Positions 29,554-40,085 are shown, counted from the stretch's first letter. The stretch is 64,000 bases of DNA from a virus (IMGVR_UViG_2778261510_000005); one strand, 5' to 3'. Translations and numbers: made by a program. Notes: generated by a model not told the origin, from the sequence alone.

Positions 29554-30983
29554 GTAAAACAACACCGACTAAAGACAGTATTCGTGCAGAGTTTGAAGAG
29601 CTTGTCGAGAAAGATTCATTCTGGTCGAAGTTTGTCGGCTCTCAATTTGTCTCGATGCTGACATTGTTTATTACCCAGATTGTCTACAGGTGCTTTCAGT
29701 ATGCCGATGCGGCGCTGGCTGAAGGCTTTATATCGACCGCGACGCGGCGTTCCTCTATCCTGGCAGCGGCAGAAACGAATAGTTACGTTGGTACCAAGCC
29801 AACACCGTCATCGGGGATGATTGAGATCACCGCCACAAGTGAAGATGCCCCAGCGGTAATCCCCAAAAACATGCCTTTAATATCTGACGACCAGTACCCT
29901 TACATGACTATGGATGTATGCAGGTTGGTTGACGGCACCGGTACGGTAGAAGTGGCACAGTTGGAAATCCAGGAGGTGACATATACCGTTACGGCAGCCA
30001 AAGAATTTCTGGAAGTCGTGTTATCAAAGGCTCTCACTGCTGTCTGCTATAAGCTGGAAGTATTCGTGACGACCGATGGTAAGACCACACAGTGGTCTTC
30101 CAGCACTATGTTCCGGTTAGCCGGTAGTAAAAGCCAGGTCTACGTTGAGTTTTATAAACCATCCGAGCAGTTGGGGGTTCGATTCGGTGATGGGCTAATT
30201 GGGCAAATACCGCCAGAAGGCTCGACCATTACACTTAAGGTATGGTGCACCAACGGAGATATAACCTTGGTTGCTGGCCAAAATCTGACGCCTGTCGATT
30301 CTGCTGCTAATTTAGCTAATTTGATTTCAGTTAAGACAACGACACCCATAACCGCAGGTACCGATGCCGAAACAACGGAGATCACACGTAATCGTGCACA
30401 ATATTACCTTGCCTATGATGATCAGGTCGTATGGGGCGGGGACTATACGTATTTTCTGGTGCGTAACATCCCGGGACTGTCCTGGATAAAGGCATGGGGC
30501 GAAGGCCAGCAAGAGAAATTAGATGGTGCTTATAATGTTCGGAATATCAATAAGATATTTATTTCAGGATGGCATCCAAACAAAAGCCAGTCAGAGCTTG
30601 AAGAAATGATCCTGGCTGCCTTTAAGAAGGTGCCGAATGAGTTGAACAAGAAATTCTCGTATAAAGAGGTCAGAAAACTACCCTTTAAGATCACCATCAC
30701 CGGGCGGATATCGGCAAGCCTGACCATTGAGAACGTGACTGATGAGCTGAAGTCGGCACTGGAAACAAAATTTGGGCGCGACTCAACTTTCTTTGATCCG
30801 AACCGCGTCGGAAAGTACATCCTGATTAAGAAAAAAGACGTTTGGGCGTTTATCGAAACGCTGGGTTATTTCCGCGACTTTTATCTGGAATTTGTCGAGT
30901 GGAATGAGTCCAACGGCTTTTACGATTTCGTTTATCTGGATACAGAAAGCTCCACCTTTAATATTTCGTATGAGGAGGAGTGA
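29550..30983 (+). CDS. baseplate structural protein
   Basis: 477 aa, ATGA overlap with upstream gene. Confidence 0.5.
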   Translation: MSKTTPTKDSIRAEFEELVEKDSFWSKFVGSQFVSMLTLFITQIVYRCFQYADAALAEGFISTATRRSSILAAAETNSYVGTKPTPSSGMIEITATSEDAPAVIPKNMPLISDDQYPYMTMDVCRLVDGTGTVEVAQLEIQEVTYTVTAAKEFLEVVLSKALTAVCYKLEVFVTTDGKTTQWSSSTMFRLAGSKSQVYVEFYKPSEQLGVRFGDGLIGQIPPEGSTITLKVWCTNGDITLVAGQNLTPVDSAANLANLISVKTTTPITAGTDAETTEITRNRAQYYLAYDDQVVWGGDYTYFLVRNIPGLSWIKAWGEGQQEKLDGAYNVRNINKIFISGWHPNKSQSELEEMILAAFKKVPNELNKKFSYKEVRKLPFKITITGRISASLTIENVTDELKSALETKFGRDSTFFDPNRVGKYILIKKKDVWAFIETLGYFRDFYLEFVEWNESNGFYDFVYLDTESSTFNISYEEE

Positions 30984-31819
30984 TGCAGCGTTCCTGGTTT
31001 AATAACCGGCTTACATCAGCTAAGCAAAAGTCATTGCTCTATAAATCATTGGCTGATTTGGTTCAGTCAATGATGGACACCTTTGTTGACCCATGGTTGG
31101 AGCGAATTACCAACCGGAAGTCTATTTTCTCCATGAGCAAGGAGGATCTGGAGACCAGGACAAATGAACTTGGCCAGTTCTTTACTATCAGAACCTCGAA
31201 CTCATCTTCCGTTCCGATGTTGTTACAACAGCGGCTTGATGAGATCCACTTTAAGGGAACTGAACGCCCTATAAACCAGACAATTTACCGCGAATTTAAC
31301 GGTATTTCTGTTTTATGGGATCCGATATATGCACCGGTGGACCTTGAGCGTCATCCCTATGGCACGGTTCTAATACCAGAAAGCACACTGGAGACTACCG
31401 GCGGCACATTCGGCGAGATGTTTCTGACTTCCAGAGGGATGATCAGTATTCCCATAAACGACTTGGCCCGGACAATGGGGATTACTGGCACGATAGATCA
31501 GTCCGCAATTACAGAAGAAATTCTCAGAAAGTTTAATCAGTTCGTAAAGCCTCTACTGCCACTGCATATAGTGTTTGATGGGCTTACGCTCTATTTGTCG
31601 GTTGTTGTAAATGAACAGGCCGACATGATCACTTTGAACGAGATTTCTGATACCGAAAAAGCGTACTGCTGGTTTGAAACTTCGGATACAACTTCGCTTA
31701 CTGGAGTTACGTCGATTAGCGCTCCGATCACTGCAACGCCGGGCGGCACTATTGTGAAAGCAACGCCTACGTTTGATCGCACCCGCGCAGATGATTTGCT
31801 GCTGGATAGCGATGCCTGA
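30983..31819 (+). CDS. baseplate/tail protein
   Basis: TGATG overlap, GAGGAGGAG RBS; 278 aa. Confidence 0.5.
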   Translation: MQRSWFNNRLTSAKQKSLLYKSLADLVQSMMDTFVDPWLERITNRKSIFSMSKEDLETRTNELGQFFTIRTSNSSSVPMLLQQRLDEIHFKGTERPINQTIYREFNGISVLWDPIYAPVDLERHPYGTVLIPESTLETTGGTFGEMFLTSRGMISIPINDLARTMGITGTIDQSAITEEILRKFNQFVKPLLPLHIVFDGLTLYLSVVVNEQADMITLNEISDTEKAYCWFETSDTTSLTGVTSISAPITATPGGTIVKATPTFDRTRADDLLLDSDA

Positions 31820-31897
31820 CAATCACCCCGTCCGTAGGGCGGGGTGACAAGTTACTTCTCTTACAATGAGGCTTCACAACATTGATTAGGGAAAATC

Positions 31898-32332
31898 ATG
31901 TCTGACGTCTCAACAAACCTCTATAAGAGTCAGTTGTTGGACTATTACTATCAGCGGCGCGCTGAATCGTCCATTAACAAAGGCTCTCGATTTTTAATCA
32001 GCAAGGCCGTTTTCGGTACCAGTTCGCTGGTTACCAAGAAAGGAGATGGCACTTATGAGATTGGAGAACTGCCAAAGGCTTTCGATCTGGCAGAACTGAC
32101 CAGTCAATTTTGCACCATCAACCTCGTGCCAACCTACTCAGGTGGGATAATTACTGTCCGAATGGACCTTGATCAAAGCCAGTTGCAGGAAGGGAAAAAC
32201 TACCCATTCAACACTCTGGTTGTTCTGGATAACGAGAACAAGCCAATCGCCATTATTTGTGTCCAGGAAGACTCGCTGTATGTGGGCAAAACATATACCG
32301 CAGTTATGGCCATAAACACGACTACAGCATAA
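31898..32332 (+). CDS. tail-fibre-associated protein (P1 R-like position)
   Basis: 144-aa ORF directly upstream of the tail fibre gene. Confidence 0.5.
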   Translation: MSDVSTNLYKSQLLDYYYQRRAESSINKGSRFLISKAVFGTSSLVTKKGDGTYEIGELPKAFDLAELTSQFCTINLVPTYSGGIITVRMDLDQSQLQEGKNYPFNTLVVLDNENKPIAIICVQEDSLYVGKTYTAVMAINTTTA

Positions 32333-32343
32333 GGATATGCTTG

Positions 32344-35262
32344 ATGAATGACGTTACAGTTGTCACATCGGTTACTTACCCATCACCCGAGTCGTTGGCT
32401 CTGGTGGCTGATGTGCAATACCACGAACCATATCTGTCAGCCGCGCTAAACCGAAAATTCAGGGGGATTGTTGACCCGGGATTTTATGCCGGTTTCTTAC
32501 CTAAGCCTGGCGGTGGGATGAACCTGTTAATCACCTCAGTGGATGGTGATAAAACCGCAGGCGCGGCGTCGGTGGATATTGGTGAATTCTACCAGGTAAC
32601 TATTCAGCAACGTAAGGATATTTCTCTTGCACTTAGTGCAGGCAAGAAATATGCAATTGTGCTGAAGGGAAGATACCTCCTTGGAGAAGATACCTATCAG
32701 GTGAATACCGCGTCACATATTCATGCGGCTGAATTTGTTGCCAGAACCTATACCGATTCATATCAGTTAGGAGATGGGGAGCTGCTTGTTTGTACGGTGA
32801 ATATCCCTGCTGGTGTATCTGCCATTACCCAAGAGATGATTGATACATCCGAGCGTATCAACCGCACGATCGGCATTGATATTTCAGACTCTGTAACCAG
32901 TAGCAGAAGTGATGTTGCTGCAAGTTCGCTGGCAGTTAAAAAAGCTTACGATCTGGCGAAAAGTAAGTATACGGCGCAGGATGCAAGCACAACGCAAAAG
33001 GGATTAGTTCAGCTCAGTAGCGAAACTAACAGCGACAGCGAAACAATGGCGGCTACCCCTAAAGCCGTTAAGTCTGTAAAAGATCTTGCTGATACCAAAG
33101 CGCCAATAGAAAGCCCGAGTCTGACAGGAACGCCAACCGCGCCGACGGCAGCGCAAGGTACAAATAGCACGCAGATCGCAAATACAGCCTTTGTTAAGGC
33201 AGCTATAACGGCACTTATCAACGGTGCACCTGGCACACTGGATACGCTTAAAGAAATAGCTGCTGCGATCAATAACGACCCGAATTTCAGCACAACTATC
33301 AACAATGCTCTGGCTCTTAAAGCTCCTTTAGCAAGTCCTGCATTAACGGGAATACCTACTGCGCCTACCGCTGCACAGGGTACGAATAACACGCAGATTG
33401 CTACGACCGCTTATGTAAGAGCTGCCATATCCGCATTGGTTGGTTCATCACCAGAAGCTCTTGATACCCTGAATGAGCTTGCCGCAGCACTTGGTAATGA
33501 CCCGAACTTTGCGACAACAATGACAAATGCGCTGGCAGGCAAACAGCCTCTGGATGCAACTTTAACCGCGCTCGCTGGCCTTGCGACTGGTGCAAACAAA
33601 CTGCCTTATTTCACCGGTAAGGATACGGTAGCGCAGACTGATTTAACGTCAGTCGGTCGCGATATTCTGGCTAAAACAAGCACACTGGCCGTTATCCAAT
33701 ACCTTGGTTTAAGAGAACTCGGTACCAGCGGTGAAAAGATCCCCCTGTTGAGCACGGCTAACACATGGAGTGCACGCCAGACTTTCAACGGCGGGATCAC
33801 CGGGGCGCTGACAGGGAACGCCGATACCGCAACAAAATTGAAAACAGCCAGAAACATTAATGGCGTCAGGTTCGATGGTTCTGGTGACATTAATATCAAT
33901 ACTCTGGTATCGCGCGGTCGCGTAACGGCCCTGGAGGCGAATGCACAGGGAACATCCGGGATTCAGCTGTATGAGGCATACAACAATGGCTACCCTTCCC
34001 CCTATGGCAATGTGCTTCACCTTAAAGGTGCCACCGCTGCTGGCGAAGGTGAGTTATTCATTGGCTGGAGTGGCACGAGCGGTGCCCATGCGCCCGTACA
34101 TATCCGTTCGCGGCGGGATACTGATTCTGCCAACTGGTCTGAATGGGCGCAGGTCTATACGTCAAAAGATTCAATTCCCGGCGTCAATGCCAAAGGGGAT
34201 CAGGATACCTCTGGTAATGCGGCTACAGCGACCAAGTTGCAGACAGCATGTACTATCAACGGTGTCTCGTTTGATGGTTCTAAAAATATTGAGCTAACGG
34301 CTGAAAATTTAAATCTTGAGCGAACAGTAGAATTAGCCGCTGGGTCATTGCAGAAAAATCAGAACGGCGCGGATATTCCTGGAAAAGATACCTTCACTAA
34401 AAATATTGGTGCATGTCGCGCTTTTCACAGTTCTATTAGTACAGGTGCAGGGAACTGGACAACGGCACAATTGATTGAATGGCTGGATTCTCAAGGGGCA
34501 TTCAATCACCCATACTGGATGTGCAAATGTTCATGGTCGTACGGCAATAATAAAATTATAACCGATACTGGCTGTGGAACTATTCATCTTGCAGGTTGCG
34601 TTATTGAGGTTATGGGTAATAAAGGTGCCATGACCATCCGTGTAACAACACCAAGCACTTCCAGCGGTGGCGGAATCACTAATGCTCAATTCACTTATAT
34701 TAATCATGGTGATGCTTACGCTCCTGGCTGGCGACGAGACTACAACACGAAAAACCAGCAGCCTGCATTTGCTTTAGGGCAAACAGGACGCAGGGTCGCA
34801 AATGATAAAGCTGTTGGCTGGAACTGGAATAGCGGCGTTTATGATGCAGATATCAGTGGCGCATCGACATTAATCCTCCACTTTAATATGAATGCGGGGA
34901 GTTGCCCTGCTGTACAGTTCCGCGTGAATTACAGAAATGGCGGTATCTTTTATCGTTCAGCGCGTGATGGTTATGGCTTTGAAGCTAACTGGTCAGAGTT
35001 TTACACCACAACACGCAAACCCTCTGCGGGAGATGTTGGTGCATATACGCAGGCAGAATGTAACTCAAGGTTTATTACAGGTATTCGCCTTGGCGGTCTG
35101 TCATCTGTTCAGACATGGAATGGCCCCGGCTGGTCTGACAGGTCAGGTTATGTCGTTACGGGTTCAGTTAACGGAAACCGTGATGAATTAATTGATACAA
35201 CTCAGGCAAGGCCAATTCAGTATTGCATTAATGGAATGTGGTATAACGCGGGGAGTATTTAA
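32344..35262 (+). CDS. S: tail fibre protein: constant part fused to currently in-phase variable part
   Basis: 972 aa from ATG 32344 (AAGGA RBS); internal tandem repeat; the segment STANTWSARQTFNGGITGALTGNADTATKLKTAR is duplicated in inverted orientation at the start of the alternative variable part at 37641. Confidence 0.75.
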   Translation: MNDVTVVTSVTYPSPESLALVADVQYHEPYLSAALNRKFRGIVDPGFYAGFLPKPGGGMNLLITSVDGDKTAGAASVDIGEFYQVTIQQRKDISLALSAGKKYAIVLKGRYLLGEDTYQVNTASHIHAAEFVARTYTDSYQLGDGELLVCTVNIPAGVSAITQEMIDTSERINRTIGIDISDSVTSSRSDVAASSLAVKKAYDLAKSKYTAQDASTTQKGLVQLSSETNSDSETMAATPKAVKSVKDLADTKAPIESPSLTGTPTAPTAAQGTNSTQIANTAFVKAAITALINGAPGTLDTLKEIAAAINNDPNFSTTINNALALKAPLASPALTGIPTAPTAAQGTNNTQIATTAYVRAAISALVGSSPEALDTLNELAAALGNDPNFATTMTNALAGKQPLDATLTALAGLATGANKLPYFTGKDTVAQTDLTSVGRDILAKTSTLAVIQYLGLRELGTSGEKIPLLSTANTWSARQTFNGGITGALTGNADTATKLKTARNINGVRFDGSGDININTLVSRGRVTALEANAQGTSGIQLYEAYNNGYPSPYGNVLHLKGATAAGEGELFIGWSGTSGAHAPVHIRSRRDTDSANWSEWAQVYTSKDSIPGVNAKGDQDTSGNAATATKLQTACTINGVSFDGSKNIELTAENLNLERTVELAAGSLQKNQNGADIPGKDTFTKNIGACRAFHSSISTGAGNWTTAQLIEWLDSQGAFNHPYWMCKCSWSYGNNKIITDTGCGTIHLAGCVIEVMGNKGAMTIRVTTPSTSSGGGITNAQFTYINHGDAYAPGWRRDYNTKNQQPAFALGQTGRRVANDKAVGWNWNSGVYDADISGASTLILHFNMNAGSCPAVQFRVNYRNGGIFYRSARDGYGFEANWSEFYTTTRKPSAGDVGAYTQAECNSRFITGIRLGGLSSVQTWNGPGWSDRSGYVVTGSVNGNRDELIDTTQARPIQYCINGMWYNAGSI
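33112..33555 (+). repeat. tandem duplication of about 222 bp (74 aa) inside the tail fibre constant region
   Basis: SPSLTGTPTAPTAAQGTNSTQIANTAFVKAAITAL...NDPNFSTT repeated as SPALTGIPTAPTAAQGTNNTQIATTAYVRAAISAL...NDPNFATT. Confidence 0.5.
33692..33717. other. cix-type recombination site (left boundary of invertible segment, inside S)
   Basis: TTATCCAATACCTTGGTTTAAGAGAA; its reverse complement matches the site at 37672-37699 over TTCTCTTAAACCAAGG. Confidence 0.6.
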
Positions 35263-35264
35263 TT

Positions 35265-35798
35265 ATGATGCACTTAAAAAATATTACTGCTGGCAACCCT
35301 AAAACAAAAGAGCAATACCAGCTAACGAAACGATTTAACATCAAATGGCTTTATACAGAGGATGGGAAGAACTGGTATGAGGAACAAAAGAACTTTCAGC
35401 CTGATACGTTGAAAATGGTCTATGACCACAACGACGTTATTATTTGTATTGAAAAGGATGTTTCAGCAATTAATCCAGAAGGCGCAAGCGTCGTTGAGGT
35501 TCCTGATATTACAGCAAATCGCCGGGCTGATATTTCGGGTAAATGGATGTTCAAAGATGGCGTAGTGATAAAGCGAACTTATACCGAGGAGGAACAGAGG
35601 CAGCAGGCAGAGAATGAAAAGCAAAGCCTGTTGCAACTTGTCAGGGATAAAACCCAGCTATGGGACTCACAGCTACGGCTGGGTATCATTCCCGACGAGA
35701 ATAAACAAAAATTAACCGAGTGGATGCTCTATGCGCAGAAGGTCGAATCCACAGACACCTCCAGCCTGCCAGTAACGTTTCCAGAACAACCAGAATGA
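35265..35798 (+). CDS. U: tail fibre assembly chaperone (currently expressed orientation)
   Basis: 177 aa, starts 3 nt after S stop; paralog on opposite strand ([22 protein letters not shown] vs [23 protein letters not shown]). Confidence 0.7.
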   Translation: MMHLKNITAGNPKTKEQYQLTKRFNIKWLYTEDGKNWYEEQKNFQPDTLKMVYDHNDVIICIEKDVSAINPEGASVVEVPDITANRRADISGKWMFKDGVVIKRTYTEEEQRQQAENEKQSLLQLVRDKTQLWDSQLRLGIIPDENKQKLTEWMLYAQKVESTDTSSLPVTFPEQPE

Positions 35799-35802
35799 AA
35801 CA

Positions 35803-35830
35803 AGGCCCGCTATCGGGCCTTAATTTTTAT
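35803..35830. terminator. bidirectional hairpin between convergent U and U'
   Basis: GGCCCG-CTAT-CGGGCC stem-loop followed by TTAATTTTTATT. Confidence 0.5.
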
Positions 35831-36357
35831 TCAGGCTTTTGTGGCCATTCGGGCTTTGCCGTATCCACGCGGCTGACCAGAACGCTGTAGCGTTCCCATG
35901 ACTCCAGTCGTGTGCGCTCCTCGTCTGTTGCCATATTCAGCCTGACAGCGCGTTCCAGCGGCTGGATGACTGATTCAGCTTCGGAAAGCAATGCGGCCTT
36001 TTGTGATTCGGCCTGTTGTTGCTGTTCGTCTGCCGTATAAATCCGTTTAACCACAGCTCCATCCTTAAACATCCACTTCCCGGAGTCATCAGCACGTCGG
36101 TTGGCAGTAATATCGGGAACCTCAACGACGCTAAAACCTTCAGGGTTAAGCGTGGATGCATCTTTAGTGATGGCGACAATAATATTATTTTCATCGTAAA
36201 CAATCTTTATTGTGTCTGGTTGAAAGTTTTTCACTTCCTCATACCAGTTTTTATCGTCTTCGGACCATAACCAGATAACATCAAAATTCTTTGTTAGCTG
36301 ATATTGTTCTTTCGTTTTAGGATTTCCAGACTTAATATTTTTTAAATGCTGCATCAT
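35827..36357 (-). CDS. alternative tail fibre assembly chaperone (silent orientation)
   Basis: 176 aa, paralog of U, adjacent to alternative variable fibre part. Confidence 0.7.
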   Translation of the reverse strand: MMQHLKNIKSGNPKTKEQYQLTKNFDVIWLWSEDDKNWYEEVKNFQPDTIKIVYDENNIIVAITKDASTLNPEGFSVVEVPDITANRRADDSGKWMFKDGAVVKRIYTADEQQQQAESQKAALLSEAESVIQPLERAVRLNMATDEERTRLESWERYSVLVSRVDTAKPEWPQKPE

Positions 36358-37641
36358 TTACACCTGTGCGACGTTATACCATGTGCCATTGATGTATTTT
36401 TGTATTGGCCTGAAGATGGCTTCATCATCGCCATCTACTTCACCAATGATTCTTAATCCGGTAATTGCGTGTCCGGCTTTTTCATAACGACCACCACGCG
36501 CCATCAATTGAACAACTCGCGTACCCAGGCGAACATCTCTCACATATCTGGAATCAAAATTGCCATAGTTGCCAGGAATAACTTGCGAGCCACAAAGCCA
36601 GTTACCGTTATTATCCATGTACGCCTGACCATCGGTGCCATTGGCCGTCCTTGAATTATTAATCATGTAGATGCCAAATTGCTTATTCCCCAGACCACCA
36701 ATCATAAATTTGCGGTCGGCGTGATTCTGGCGAAGCAACGCCTGAGCGCTATCAGTGTTAACTATATTTTTCCCAAAGATAGCGTTGTTATCGCGCATCT
36801 GAATCCACATACCATTACTGCTGTTAATAGCAAAACGGTTTGCAAATATATCCCCTGTAACATCAAGACCATGCCCCATGCTTATCCGACCAGTTCTAAG
36901 ATTAAGCGTAAAGGGGCGTAGTGGCCCTATATCACCATTTTCTCCCTCATTCTCTCGTGTCGGGATGATATGCAGGCATTCTTCAGAACGACGAAAAATA
37001 GCACCAAAAGATGAATTAAATATCCTCAGTGCATTGACTGTCGATATTTTTACTTCACTGCTGAAAAGGGCTTTAACAAGAACAGACAAAGCATCCCATT
37101 TAAGATTCATCAGGTCTTTTGTTGTGGTGCTTTGTTTGCTTCTCCATTTGAAATATTCATTGCCGTTGTCGCCTGTTTCAAACCACATGTATGAATCAGT
37201 ATCGCTATCGGCATCATTTTTAAAACCAATCTTTGCCCAGTCAGTATTTCGAATCCAGGCAAGGATTGAGTCGTTTTCAAAAGTAAGTCCGCCGGACAAG
37301 ATATCGCCTGAACGCTGAACGGCATTATTTGCTTTATTAATAAATTCCTGTAGATTTAAATCTTCCACCGTTAGCTCAATATTTTTAGAACCATCAAACG
37401 ACACCCCATTTATAGTTCGAGCGGTTTGTAACTTGGTCGCTGTCGCTGCATTACCGGTTGTGTTCTGATTACCTGTTTTATTCACACCTGGCAGGTCGAT
37501 ATTGGCACTACCATCGAATGACACACCGCCAATCGTGCGTGCTGTTTTCAATTTCGTCGCGGTGTCGGCGTTCCCTGTCAGTGCCCCGGTGATCCCGCCG
37601 TTGAAAGTCTGGCGCGCACTCCATGTGTTAGCCGTGCTCAA
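36358..37641 (-). CDS. alternative tail fibre variable part (Sv'-like), expressed only after inversion
   Basis: ORF begins at TTG with no RBS exactly at the duplicated STANTWSARQ segment; 427 aa. Confidence 0.65.
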   Translation of the reverse strand: MSTANTWSARQTFNGGITGALTGNADTATKLKTARTIGGVSFDGSANIDLPGVNKTGNQNTTGNAATATKLQTARTINGVSFDGSKNIELTVEDLNLQEFINKANNAVQRSGDILSGGLTFENDSILAWIRNTDWAKIGFKNDADSDTDSYMWFETGDNGNEYFKWRSKQSTTTKDLMNLKWDALSVLVKALFSSEVKISTVNALRIFNSSFGAIFRRSEECLHIIPTRENEGENGDIGPLRPFTLNLRTGRISMGHGLDVTGDIFANRFAINSSNGMWIQMRDNNAIFGKNIVNTDSAQALLRQNHADRKFMIGGLGNKQFGIYMINNSRTANGTDGQAYMDNNGNWLCGSQVIPGNYGNFDSRYVRDVRLGTRVVQLMARGGRYEKAGHAITGLRIIGEVDGDDEAIFRPIQKYINGTWYNVAQV

Positions 37642-37671
37642 CAGGGGGATCTTTTCACCGCTGGTACCGAG

Positions 37672-37699
37672 TTCTCTTAAACCAAGGTTTAGGATTGAA
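37672..37699. other. cix-type recombination site (right boundary of invertible segment)
   Basis: TTCTCTTAAACCAAGGTTTAGGATTGAA, 10 bp from cin stop. Confidence 0.6.
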
Positions 37700-38249
37700 A
37701 TGATGACGCCGGAAACTTCTTATAAAGAGTGGAAACAGCCACATCATAGATGATTGCAACCTGCTTACGGGGGATGCCCTTCTCCAGCAATCGCCGCATT
37801 TGCTGCCATGTTTCTTTCTGGTATTTAGGCCGACGCCCACCTATTCGACCTTCTGCGCGAGCTGCATCAAGTCCAGCGCGTGTACGTTCAACAATAAGTT
37901 CACGTTCCATTTCTGCCAGCGCCCCCATTACGTGAAAGAAAAAGCGCCCCATTGGTGTACTGGTGTCGATGGAGTCAGTGAGACTCCGGAAGTTAATGCC
38001 TCTGTCACGCAGCTCTTCCACCAGCACAACTAAGTGACGCATGCTGCGCCCAAGACGATCTAACTTCCATACGACCAGGGTATCACCTCTGGAAAGCATA
38101 CGGAGTACCTTTTTTAACCCAGGGCGCTCAGCCTTTTTGCCGCTCGCCTTGTCCTCAAAAATTAGCTCACATCCTGCGCTTTCAAGAGCGTTTCGTTGTA
38201 AAGCAGTGTTTTGTTCATTTGTTGATACGCGTACATAGCCTATTAGCAT
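37689..38249 (-). CDS. cin: serine DNA invertase (Cin/Gin/Hin family)
   Basis: 186 aa; MLIGYVRVSTNEQ catalytic-serine motif, C-terminal HTH; C-terminal 40 aa diverge from what I recall of P1 Cin. Confidence 0.9.
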   Translation of the reverse strand: MLIGYVRVSTNEQNTALQRNALESAGCELIFEDKASGKKAERPGLKKVLRMLSRGDTLVVWKLDRLGRSMRHLVVLVEELRDRGINFRSLTDSIDTSTPMGRFFFHVMGALAEMERELIVERTRAGLDAARAEGRIGGRRPKYQKETWQQMRRLLEKGIPRKQVAIIYDVAVSTLYKKFPASSFQS

Positions 38250-38376
38250 ATTTTCTGCTCACTATCGTTATTTATAGCAAGCTGCGGATTTTAATTAACA
38301 AAAACCAGTATGTGTGGAAATCACAAAGTACATACCGTTTCCCAATGATATTTAATTCACTATTAAGGAAATAGTT

Positions 38377-38658
38377 ATGTGTGATTTCACAATAATGCTC
38401 CTCTCCATCCTTGGCGGGGTGCATTCGTTTCTGAATGGGGTTTGTGAAAAACGTTACGAAGCGTCATGCAGGCAATTGATGGCCGAGTGTATTGCTGCCG
38501 TACTTGCAGGCTTTATAGGCATGTATTTCGCGGAATATAAGGGTATGGATGAAAGTCTTCAGAATTGCGTGACTATTATTTGCAGCATCAATAACAGGCT
38601 CATTCTTGAAAAGTTACAAAGGATTATTGATTCGTACCTCAATAGAAATGCCTCTTAA
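38377..38658 (+). CDS. small membrane protein, holin-like
   Basis: 93 aa with two hydrophobic segments; AAGGAA RBS; first gene after divergent AT-rich promoter region. Confidence 0.4.
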   Translation: MCDFTIMLLSILGGVHSFLNGVCEKRYEASCRQLMAECIAAVLAGFIGMYFAEYKGMDESLQNCVTIICSINNRLILEKLQRIIDSYLNRNAS

Positions 38659-38725
38659 GCAACAAATGACCGGTTGAGAAGTTACTTTGCATACCATTAC
38701 CTCCTGACAACGTAGGAGGGAACTT

Positions 38726-39055
38726 GTGCTTGACACACAGGAATTAGCTCCAGTTGCTATTGCGCTCCTGCTTTCAGTAATTGGTGGGATAGGCACGTTC
38801 CTGATGGATGTCCGAGACGGTCGCCAGTCTGGCAATTTGTTGGGATTGGTTACGGAGATCTTTGTTGCAGTGACAGCTGGCGCGGTGGCGTACCTATTGG
38901 GGCAACACGAGGGCTGGGAGTTATCAATTACGTACTTAATGGTAACGATAGCCAGCAATAACGGTCATGAGGTGATTTCAGGGATGAAACGAGTGAATAT
39001 CGATAGCATTCTGAATGTTCTTACAAGTTTGGTGAAAAAGGGAGGCGGGAAATGA
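38726..39055 (+). CDS. holin-like membrane protein (LydA-like position)
   Basis: GTG start after GGAGGG RBS; two TM segments LAPVAIALLLSVIGGIGTFLM and IFVAVTAGAVAYLL; C-terminal charged tail. Confidence 0.5.
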   Translation: MLDTQELAPVAIALLLSVIGGIGTFLMDVRDGRQSGNLLGLVTEIFVAVTAGAVAYLLGQHEGWELSITYLMVTIASNNGHEVISGMKRVNIDSILNVLTSLVKKGGGK

Positions 39056-39495
39056 TTGGCTGGGGTGTATGCGTTCTTGCGTTAGCCTTAGCCGATCGCT
39101 ATTTGCTAAAACGCAAGGACATCACGCATTTAGAACTTGGTGATGTGGAAATTAAACCGGGTTTCATCCGGGTACCGTTCAAGTACCGGTCTAAATTCCC
39201 GTTTTTGCGCGGCGCAACGGTCAGATATTGGATCCGCGATGTTCAGAAGCCGACGACAGTGATTGAAGGTGAACAACGTTGTCTGACGTCGGCTGAACAG
39301 GGCGAAAACAGTGAATGGTTGTACATACCCACTGAATATATGGGTAAAGGAGAGCGACTGTGGCATTTCAACGTCATGGTTACGCATGGCGACTCGTTCA
39401 TTAACCCGTTGTATCGGATTTTCCCTGTTACTCAGCAAATCCGCAGAAGTTACGTAATAAATCTCGCACAGGATGTGTCAGATGACGAAAAATAA
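39052..39495 (+). CDS. antiholin-like protein (LydB-like position)
   Basis: ATGA overlap with preceding gene; N-terminal TM segment; 147 aa. Confidence 0.45.
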   Translation: MIGWGVCVLALALADRYLLKRKDITHLELGDVEIKPGFIRVPFKYRSKFPFLRGATVRYWIRDVQKPTTVIEGEQRCLTSAEQGENSEWLYIPTEYMGKGERLWHFNVMVTHGDSFINPLYRIFPVTQQIRRSYVINLAQDVSDDEK

Positions 39496-40084
39496 GTATG
39501 CAACGGTCGATTTTGACCAGGTTAATGAAAAGGGGCTGAAATCCCTTATCGCGGCGATCAATAAAACCGGTGTTACGGTAATTGAGGTTGACTCCAGCAA
39601 CCGCGCAACAACGAAAGATGGCGTTAAAGTTAAAACCGCAAAGCTGGTTCTTAACGACGGACAAATTCTTGCCATACAGGTAAACGATACTGGCGATATA
39701 TCGTCTGTGAAGCTGAATGGAAAAGCTATTCCTAACGCTCAGTCGCCGGATATCAAGACGCTTGGTACCGTCATGGGGCAAGCGGCCCGCAAAAACTCCG
39801 CAAAATTCCAGAAATCACTGATCGCCAAAGCGAAACGTGTTGCCAATCCGGTAGACAAGAAACCGGCAGTAAAATCCAACTTTCAGCGCCTGCAAGAGGC
39901 AAAACAGCGGAATGCTCAGGTGGTTGCCGCTTATAAATCAGCGCAGAACTCGGTGTCTTTCACTCAACAGCAGATCACTGATTTGCGGGCGAAGCTGGAT
40001 AAGGAGACAGGCCGACTCAATAACGAAAAGGCCCGAAATGGCGAACTCAAACGCCGTCTTAAGCAACTGAAAGCAGGAAATTAA
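39473..40084 (+). CDS. hdf: DarA-fragment homolog, Dar antirestriction operon
   Basis: shares KNSAKFQ-containing segment with the following 639-aa protein. Confidence 0.55.
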   Translation: MCQMTKNKYATVDFDQVNEKGLKSLIAAINKTGVTVIEVDSSNRATTKDGVKVKTAKLVLNDGQILAIQVNDTGDISSVKLNGKAIPNAQSPDIKTLGTVMGQAARKNSAKFQKSLIAKAKRVANPVDKKPAVKSNFQRLQEAKQRNAQVVAAYKSAQNSVSFTQQQITDLRAKLDKETGRLNNEKARNGELKRRLKQLKAGN

Positions 40085-40085
40085 C

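Larger units (their letters stand above)
33692..37699. mobile_element. Cin-invertible C segment: two alternative tail-fibre variable parts and two tail-fibre assembly genes
   Basis: inverted repeats at both ends, serine recombinase gene immediately outside right end; alternative variable part begins without ATG or RBS. Confidence 0.65.

Noticed and set aside
33009-33899. Minus-strand ORFs of 62-127 aa inside the tail fibre gene
   Set aside because: Antisense to a long, well-supported structural gene; rich in Ala/Gly codons from the internal tandem repeat.
37502-37753. 83-aa plus-strand ORF spanning the right cix site
   Set aside because: It translates the inverted duplicate of the tail-fibre junction segment; it reflects the inverted repeat, not a gene.
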